A stretch of 7,928 bases of DNA, taken from contig JAAOMT010000367.1 in the NCBI GenBank assembly GCA_016748015.1, forward strand, positions 1 to 7,928, given 5' to 3'. The notes under the pieces were generated by a model that was not told the origin of the DNA, did not search any database, and saw nothing but the letters and a program-made list of their open reading frames with translations. The position numbers were made by a program, and so were the translations under genes. This stretch comes from Geosiphon pyriformis uo1. Its lineage: Eukaryota > Fungi > Glomeromycota. This document shows, in pieces, positions 1 through 7,928 of the stretch; the first letter of the stretch is position 1, and every line of letters starts with the position of its first letter.

Positions 1-2160
1 ATGGTGTTGGTCAGTGATATTGGTGGCTCATTGTACAAAATGGTGTAACAATCGGATGCTTTTAGGGGGGGGGTAAGTTACCAAACCATGTATTTGGGAT
101 GGTAGGGGGGTACAAGGATACAAGGGGTCTTTTATGAGGGCCATATGTACAAACAGGGATCAGAGTCTCTAGAACCATAGATCGCTCAAATAGGTACTAC
201 CATCCATCAACGATCATCTAGGTATAGTTGTACCCAACCCTAATAGTTGGTAGTCTGAGCAACCATCCTGGAGCTCTGCCATACCCATCCACCACCCCCC
301 TGTGACGCCTATATTACCCATTGAGGGCTATCAACAATACCAAACCCCAATTGCAGCAAAGTATGGTATCCCATTCATGTGTAAGAAGAAGGATACAAAA
401 GGGGACCATGGACTTCATTAGCAAAGTCAAGGACTTATAGGGGGATTAGTAAGGGCTTTAAGTACGTAGTAGTCTTGATAGGGATATGAGTGTCATGATC
501 ATGGTTGACAAGCTGTAGGCTTTAGGTACTACCACAATAGGGGCCATCACATAATATCCAGAAGCTGTGGGAGGTCCAGGGTCCAAGTAGTAATTAGTAC
601 CGAGCCAAGTAGTATTTAGTCGCGATCCCCTAGGCTCCCCCCAACCCCAGGGCTCCACCAGGTATTACAGGTAGCGCAGGTTCAAAAGGGGTATAGCAAT
701 GTCAAGAGGAAGAGCCAAATCCATAGGGGAGCACAGTACTTGGGGGGGGGGCAGTATAGAATAGGGAGAAGCCCAAGGATACCTCTACCCTAAGCGCACA
801 GGGACATGGTAAATGTTCAACCATAGATTAATTTAGGACTGTGGCAGTAGTATTAATGCTTGAGTACTATTCAAATAGTAAATACTCCCAACATCTCTGG
901 TGTACAACGTAGTGTATAGGGAGGTACTAGTATAGGGGTACAGTACTGTAATGGTAGTGAATATCTTAGTGGTAGGGTCCAGGTCAAGGGTAGTCGTCGC
1001 ATAGGTATTGGATTGTGAGTGTGAAGGATCACTTGTTAGGTTATAGGGTGGGGGGGTTCATCTATAGCCCTATTTGAGATGAGCAGTGGGGGTTCATGGT
1101 ATAGTATGGTAGGTTAGTAATTGCACACTCTATCAAATTCTTAGACTAGGATAGGATTTATGGGCTAGTTGAATGGGACTGTTACTGTAACTGTCATTAG
1201 CTCGGGAAAACATTGGTAAATAGATTGTGATGCGTTGTGACTGAGATTGAGAGGGAACTAAGTATATAGAGAGTGTAGCTCATCTTAGAGTATTGTGAGT
1301 AGGTACACATCATGTAAGGGAAAGATCAGAGGGCATCCTTACTGATAACAACCTAATGCAAGTTGTCCTCACAGTCCAAAGTACTCTGTAGCCTTATCCT
1401 TAATAGATAGAGTACCAGCAGTGGTGGTAGTTGAGTGGATAGCTATTCCTTACCCTAGTACTATTACCATTGGAGATACGTAGGGGGATACGCCTTATGA
1501 GACCTTTAAGGATAGTGTAACGGACTCTGTATGTGTATCCCTTATTAAGAATGCAACATTATCGGGATGCCGCCCACGTATCTAACATGCACGCGATTGT
1601 ACGTATTGGACGTGCTAAGGGGTGTACAGGACTTCCAGGATAGTATTCAATACCTGGCTAGTTAGTAAAGATATTAGAATATTCATGATAAAGATTACAC
1701 TGAACCATCCTTACCCTTCTCCATTACAGTACTACAAGGAGCGTAAATCAGGGACTTTTGCGAAATAATAGCTCGTCCTATATAGAGCCAGGATTGTAAC
1801 CAACACCATCCTACAGTAGAATGCCAATTGGTCTATGGTCCTATAGCCTCTGACAATTGAGGAGGATCTATGTCATAGTCTTACCAATCAAAGAAGCAGT
1901 TTCTGACCCCTCGTCAAAGGCAGCAGCGGCAAGCAAAGTATAGGCTATCCATTGTACCAATCTAACTCTGTAAGGCTATAGGGTGGGGTTAGTATAAAAC
2001 GCAAGTGTATCAAGGGATCCCTTTACAGCCGTCTCTTAAATCGGAGGCTCCTCAAGTCTAAAATCCAAGTGAGGTTACTACACAGATTACCTAATCCAGC
2101 TATAATACAGCCAGGTGGATCAATGTGATGATACATGGGCCCCATTGGACCCCAATTGAC

Positions 2161-2174
2161 CCCCCTATAGGGGG
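2161..2174. repeat. Perfect 14-bp palindrome CCCCCTATAGGGGG
   Basis: Self-complementary by direct reading; function unknown. Confidence 0.6.
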
Positions 2175-2240
2175 CACTACGGCCCCCATCTGGACAGGGG
2201 TGGCTAAAAGCCCCCTCCGCTAGGGCCATCAGCCCGCACA

Positions 2241-2279
2241 GGGGTAGTGTTTTGGGGTATGGGGGGTGGTGTGGGGGGG
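2241..2279 (+). other. Putative G-quadruplex motif
   Basis: G4-N9-G4-N3-G6-N6-G7. Confidence 0.45.
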
Positions 2280-4001
2280 CCCTACCCAATGAGTCATAAC
2301 TACTGTATCTAAAGACTACTCTATCAAGGGCCTTTATTGTAGTACCATAAGAGTCCTGTCCCAACTAGAGAGTCAGTCCTTATCCATACTTTTATAGCCA
2401 TGGTCAGTTACAATAGTACCCACTTGTCTACCACAACTCAAGCTTTATGGCAGTACTAAAAGCAGGATAAATCCCAACCCCAAAACCAAAGGGTAAAACG
2501 ACTACTAACTGGGGGCCTCAATAGATCCAGTTTACAACCAAAAGGGGTATTAGTAGCCCATTCATGGTAGCATCAGTAGGACCCCAATCCTGAAGGCTAG
2601 TCGGGACTAAACAAGAGCACACGGATACATCATTAGTATTTGGGAGTATAACTCGATGGTTGGGATACTGGCCTTATACTTGAATCTCAGATCTTAGACC
2701 TCTCAGGGACCAAAGCTTGGCACGGTACTATATCATATGAGTACTCTAATTACCGTTGGAGCTAACCCCAAAACCAATAAACTTGTATGGGTATGGTTTA
2801 ATGGGGCAAGGGGCGTATTTGGGGGGGTAAGCAAAGTTTGAATGGTGGGTACTGGTCTACAACTAATATACCTAGTCCCAAACAATGGGAGTCGATTGAT
2901 AAGACTCTAGCCCATGATCCTCCTATGACTACCCCAATCCATTGTATGCCCAAGCAAAAGGGGACTCATTTCTTTCGTGAATAGGTCCTCTATCCACCAA
3001 TAAAGCATCTTACCTGCTACAATAGGTTACCAAAACCCACCGACTCCCTGATAAAAACAAATTCAAGAACAGTTCAAAACTGGTACAAGTACTCTCATTG
3101 GGTATGGAGCTCCCTAAGGGTATGATATGGTCCATAGGGAGATATTGACTTGCTTCCCAACCAAAAGGATCATTGGAGAGTTAGCTATCCAAAAGTACCA
3201 AACTAAGTCAAGCAATAAACCATTTAGAATGGGTACTACAAGTCAGTTATCCAGATCTAAGGCTCCAAACGGTCAGTGTGCGGCGTATCTCCCAAAGCTT
3301 CTAATCTCTCCACACTGATTGGTGTGTTGGGGGTCATATTTGTCGTCTCAACTGTCCCATCATGTGAATACAGGGATACCACACTAAGGGACCTATGGGT
3401 ATGTACTCAGGAAAGCATGACTTAATCCCAATGCAGTATGAGGGTAATTAGTGCAGGGCTGTCAATGGACCAAAACAAAAGTAGTAAGTATCAATCAGGA
3501 AAGGGTGTGGTCTATTTGTACGTTACCAACCGGGTCACAAACACCACCCATTGGTAGCCAACACTTATTGATGGATGATGCCTCCATCCAGTCCCCCCCG
3601 GCATAGGGGGGTGGGGTTTGGGGCCCATATCCCAAGATGGCAATACCGTCAAGGAACACAAAAAAGCTTTGTGCCAATACTACCACCAATAATGGCTTCT
3701 TTTTGATCCCCAAGGACTGACTACTACCTTAATAGTCCTCTTATAATAAACATGATAGGTATCAAGTCCCGGCCTCCTGGGGTCCTGGTATCAAAAGGGT
3801 ACCAAATACATACCTATAGTTGTATCCCTACTCTAAGTCTCCCTCACCTATTGGAGTATGTCCTCAGTAACAGTATGGTATATGGCATGAGGACTCGTGT
3901 GGGGGGTGTGGGGTCCATTTCGCAGTTGCGAGCTGAGCAAGCATAAAGCAATGAGTCTTATAAGGATCGTATATTGTCTAAAAGGGGGTATACTAGGTAT
4001 A

Positions 4002-4059
4002 AAAGCTCCACGAACTCGGCGCCAGATCTATGGGTATGGTATGGATCCCCGAGAGCTTT
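4002..4059. repeat. Interrupted inverted repeat / three-segment hairpin
   Basis: AAAGCTC 4002-4008 pairs with GAGCTTT 4053-4059; TCGG 4016-4019 with CCGA 4049-4052; GATCTAT 4025-4031 with ATGGATC 4041-4047 (one G.T); 9-nt loop. Confidence 0.4.
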
Positions 4060-5245
4060 ATGGAGCATGAGGGCTACTTAAGATTTAGGTCAGAGTGCTG
4101 ATATTGAGTACTGAGTACAGTCCCCAACATTTCTTGGGGATACTGGCTGTATATGCCCCAAATATGGCAAAGACAGGGAACTTTTGGGGCCCATGGAGGC
4201 TTCTAAATACTACTACCAAATCTACCCATCTACTTTGGGGTACAACAACTCAACAAGCGGGTAGTCTTGTAAGTACTGGGGGTAGCCACGAGACTGGTGG
4301 ATCTAAAGTGAAGGGATCAAAGAGTACTCAGTAGTGGTAGGGGTCTAGGGCTTTATGGGTAGAGTCAACACGACCCCTCAAAAAACAAAGGGGGGGGGCT
4401 AGGGTGGTCATGTGAAGGCTATAGGATCAGACAAATCAACTACATGGTGCTTGTTAAACATTAGATCAGATCAAAGCTTGTTTGGGGGGGGGTTGGCAGA
4501 GTTTTCTCCATTACCACTCATATCATGAATCCAGGAGGCTTTTAGTACCTACCATATAAGGCTCTACTTTTGAGGCCCTTGGATACATTGGTCCCCATTT
4601 GTTCTTTATTGCTTACGTCTACCACCATATACCACATAAACACAAATAGACAATAGGATGCTTATACTTATCCACCAACTCCAGACCCCTTTACTACCCA
4701 TGAGGCCTCCCAAGTAGGGGGTACCCATAGGTACTTGTAGACCATACCCATAATGACTATCCAGTACAACTATAATCAGGACCCAAACCAACTGGTGATA
4801 CCATGACCACTTGTACAACGCGATCCTGACAAAGTCCCCAAAGACAGTCCGGTCATAAATCCTTACTGGTTTTACTATCCCCATGGTATACAAAGAGTAC
4901 TTGATGGATCCTACCAACTACCTACTTACTTTTAAGGCTTGTAGACTACCATTAAGCACAACGGTATAGCATTGATAGCTACTCCATACAATCCCATGAT
5001 CACAAAATAAGGGGGGATTGTACCATCCATCCACCAATACATCCTGATCTTTCACCATTTGAGATCCCGCATGTAGCACACAAGCCATACTAACTAGAGA
5101 TAGTATTGTTATAAATCCCTATTGATTGCTCTGGAGTAAGGCTGCACTGGGGATCCTTTAGACAGGCTCCAAAAGCTCTGAAGCTTGAATCCCAATAAAC
5201 TAAGATCTAATCTCTAAATGGATTGGGTATAGGTACTGGCTTAAA

Positions 5246-5263
5246 GGGGTGGGGTGGGGGGGG
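5246..5263 (+). other. Putative G-quadruplex motif
   Basis: GGGG-T-GGGG-T-GGGGGGGG. Confidence 0.45.
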
Positions 5264-5849
5264 CTGATCAAGCTGGATATCCCTTATATCAGTGGTTTAG
5301 GGCTATGGGTCCTTACTAGTACCAAAAGCCACTAATAGGTATGGATAGGATACTTTGGGGGGCCACCTGGGGCTGGATTGGTATGGAGGACTCCTAGAGT
5401 TAGTTTATGACCTTATTGAGTATCCATGTTGAGTCTTTGATGATGAGTATGGATTTCGCCAAAGAGTCTCCAAGTACTTACAAATTATCCCCAATACTTT
5501 ATTATGCAGGTATACAGGGATACGTTAACTAAGCTAGGAGAACTGGTAGTAGCAAATATGGGTGTCCGCAGCCAAGTCAACTTTGCGGTTAGTGTAGTTA
5601 AAGGGGGATACCTAAGGATAGGGATCCTGTATGGATGGTCAAGGGTGGTATTATATTTACGGGATAGCTTACCCAAGTCAGTTTTAGTACAGGTCCCAAA
5701 CAAGTACCCAACAACAAAAAGACCATCCAATTCAACTCGTTAGCTCTAGCTCTATTTATACTCCCCATACACTCGGTACATCATTCAGGACCCTAAAAAT
5801 AGGTAACGTATGATTCTAACCTGGTTTGACTTGGGATGCCTCTATAGTA

Positions 5850-5945
5850 GGGGGGGGCTGGGGGAGGACCCTCTTAGGGGGTGGGGTGGGGGGGCCGCGC
5901 CCCCCGTGGGGGGCTTCGCCCCACTCCCTTGGGGGGTGGGGGGGG
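5850..5945 (+). repeat. GC cluster: tandem double hairpin embedded in G-quadruplex-capable G tracts
   Basis: GGGGGGC-CGC-GCCCCCC (5889-5905) is followed immediately by GT-GG-GGGGC-TTC-GCCCC-AC (5906-5924). Eight G runs of 4-8 nt lie between 5850 and 5945. Confidence 0.7.
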
Positions 5946-6386
5946 ATCAGAAAGGATGACAAATTACGCAGGTTACTCAGGAACCCAGTACCCATGAGGA
6001 CCCATCATACCATCATCTACCAACAAGTACTCTAGCAGGCCTGACCCCCAATAATCTAAGGGACTACTACAAGGGGCTAACTACTGACCAATCCCATGAT
6101 GGCCCCCTTTATTAAACCTTATGGCTTCCCCTCAGGAGCTTGGTACCAAAACTGTATATGTACTGGGGTAGCCAAACGCGTGTGCCAATGGAACCGAGCC
6201 ACTATCTTTATACAAACCCACCATCAAACCTACTTTTATAACCATTGAGGAGTAAAGGCTGTAAATAATACGGATAAATCAAGCAAAATGGAGATCCCAA
6301 TGCACAAGAAGCTTATGTCCATAGTCCACCAAACCCCAAAGACAAGGGAGTCCTGGTAAGGGGGGGGGGGTGGGGGGCCTTCTGTA

Positions 6387-6497
6387 TCCGCCTATGCGCA
6401 CAGGCCTGCATGTGGGGGTCTATTATGAGTGTTTTGGGACCGCCAAGCACCGATACCTTTAGTAGGCGTACGTGTGCAGGCGTGTGTGTGGGGCGGG
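6387..6497 (+). repeat. Long imperfect inverted repeat / rod-like hairpin (~110 nt), candidate structured RNA or ssDNA element
   Basis: 6395-6433 pairs with 6452-6490 in one register, e.g. GCCTGCA 6404-6410 with TGCAGGC 6475-6481 and GTCTATTA 6418-6425 with TAGTAGGC 6460-6467. After a 1-nt bulge, 6387-6393 pairs with 6491-6497. Total ~27 Watson-Crick pairs, ~14 G.T pairs, 5 mismatches. Confidence 0.65.
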
Positions 6498-7744
6498 GGG
6501 GGGGGTGTTGACTTGTTGTGTCAAAGGGTAGGTACTGGGTACCCAACTGAGTAGTTACTTGAATCCCCCTTGTATCCATGGGCTATTACTCCAGCACCTC
6601 CGACTGACTATCCCTACCCAAGTCCTGCTTAATAGCCCATGGTACCGCCTACCTCCAGTGTCACTTTGCAGAGTACCTAACCCTATAAGCCATCGGCATT
6701 AGAGAGCTCTCGCAAAGGGAATATAACTACCAACCCAATCAAGCTATCAAAGCTAACCAATCTAAGCCTGGTACAACCAACGATTACTATGTGGTGTTGG
6801 ATCTTGGAGGGTTTATGAGTACTTTTGTCCCTTTAACTTACCCGATAGAGTACTCTACCCAATCTACTATCAAGGCCTTTACAGGGGCTACTGGGGATAC
6901 CTTAAATCATACAAGTAAAACTGAGGGGGGGGGGGGATTGGATGGGCCACAAGGGAGGTAAGGCTGAAATGGTAGTCCCTGTACCCATTGTGACTGGAAC
7001 TTGCATCCAATACCCGGTATCAGGTTGGAAAGGACCAAAGCAATTGATCATAGCAAATAGTCCATTGTAGGGATAAAAGCTGTGGATATAAGGGAGCTTT
7101 GGATGGCTGGCGACTTGAGTCCTAAAATCCATTCTCATGGGATCCACAACCTATGAGATACTGTCCAATCCATACTCATAGACCAACGTGTATCAGGGTA
7201 TCCGCTCCAACATGATTAGGGTCGACTAGTAAGTACCCTCCCTTGTATACTGATTTAGGACCAGGATTAGGGTACTTGTGTTTGGTATTGGTATCCTCAT
7301 GTGGGTTGGTTGGTAAGGGAGGAGTACTCATCACCGATCCGGTATGCAGTGGGGCTGGGTATACAATAGTCGGGACCATTCAGTTGGTGGTTTGGTGGGG
7401 AGTCCATCATGCTACAAAACCAAACCAATGTAACCCTAACCATTAAAAGGGGACTCTCAAAGCCACTACTTACTAGGGACTGTAGTGCTGGGTCCACAAA
7501 GCATGAGTACTTGGGCTCTTATGGGTCAAAGCTACTTGCAAACAAGACCATTGTCAACCACCAACTACTGCCACGAATGGTGGACCAACCAATCCTACCA
7601 AATATCCCCCTTTTGACATGATAAACGTACCATTACCCCCAAAATGTACCTCACAACCCTACTACCAAACCAACCCACAACAAACAAAGTAAAGCTTACC
7701 CATACAAGTAAGTTAATTATGAAAGCGACAGCAAATACTTATTC

Positions 7745-7779
7745 GGGAGGGGGAGGGTAGAGTTTGTGGGGGATGAGGG
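7745..7779 (+). other. Putative G-quadruplex motif
   Basis: G3-A-G5-A-G3-N10-G5-N4-G3. Confidence 0.35.
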
Positions 7780-7928
7780 TAATAAACCAATGAGTACGTT
7801 TCATAAAAATGGCTCTATACAGTAGATTTAAGACAAAGTGGACTACTAGATGCCTGTAGTACTTGGGTATGTATACTGCCCCACGGGAGCGCCTATCAAC
7901 TGACTGGACAACTAAAGGGGGGTGGGGG

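Larger units (their letters stand above)
1..7928. other. Non-coding or heavily degenerate DNA: CpG-depleted, TpA-rich, with G homopolymer tracts
   Basis: No ORF exceeds 113 aa in six frames, and the short ORFs overlap on both strands with no recognisable domains. Hand counts for 1-600: ~6 CpG, ~17 GpC, ~57 TpA versus ~54 ApT, ~19 TAG versus ~6 CAG. Confidence 0.75.

Noticed and set aside
1048-1097. Short direct repeat GTGGGGG(GG)TTCAT twice; possible CRISPR or tandem repeat
   Set aside because: Only two short low-complexity copies. I saw no regularly spaced array anywhere in the window.
942-1733. 13-bp inverted match AGTACTGTAATGG (942-954) / CCATTACAGTACT (1721-1733) as possible TIRs
   Set aside because: About one match of this length is expected by chance in 8 kb. 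It includes the over-represented AGTACT word and no target-site duplication is evident.
2919-2963. PPMTTPIHCMPKQKG resembling RT motif 1
   Set aside because: No following DxRxLN or YxDD in register.
3115-3135. MDHIIPL on the minus strand resembling an HNH endonuclease motif
   Set aside because: No downstream N-L-x-x-x-C-x-x-C-N pattern, and the frame is bounded by stops.
5349-5459. DTLGGHLG (integrase Zn-finger-like) and DEYGFR (RT-like) words in one + frame
   Set aside because: Two unrelated motifs lacking their expected neighbours, with internal stops; likely chance.
6387-6497. SRP (4.5S) RNA assignment for the long hairpin
   Set aside because: The size is similar, but the conserved helix-8 GNRA tetraloop and AGCAG internal-loop motif are not present.
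458-7621. All 18 supplied ORFs (63-113 aa) as genes
   Set aside because: They are short, often overlap on opposite strands, frequently use alternative starts and show no recognisable domains. Several are Pro/Gly-rich only because of homopolymer runs. This is consistent with chance ORFs.
1-7928. Alternative genetic code (TAG or TGA readthrough) hiding long genes
   Set aside because: The frames sampled by hand (1081-1560 minus, 2820-3300, 4560-4980, 5340-5530, 7140-7500 minus) were mostly broken by more than one stop type. The test was not exhaustive; six-frame ORF calling under codes 4, 6, 15, 16 and 25 would settle it.

Overview
I find no credible protein-coding gene, rRNA, tRNA, CRISPR array or intact mobile element in this window. 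The longest ORF is 113 aa and none resembles a known family. In the frames I translated by hand, TAA, TAG and TGA all interrupt, so one stop-codon reassignment does not rescue a gene. The DNA is roughly mid-40s % GC (estimate) with an unusual signature. CpG is strongly depleted (about 6 in the first 600 nt), GpC is low, TpA is not suppressed, and AGTACT occurs 20 times. All ten G runs of 8 nt or more lie on the + strand. My best inference is eukaryotic non-coding or decayed repeat/viral DNA eroded by C-to-T mutation (methylation or RIP-like); organellar spacer or artificial sequence cannot be excluded. The most notable structure is that surviving CpGs cluster in small patches that each fold into a hairpin. 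The best example is a ~110-nt rod-like, G.U-rich hairpin (6387-6497) bracketed by two G11 tracts; another is a GC double-hairpin/G-quadruplex cluster (5850-5945). All counts and folds were done by hand.
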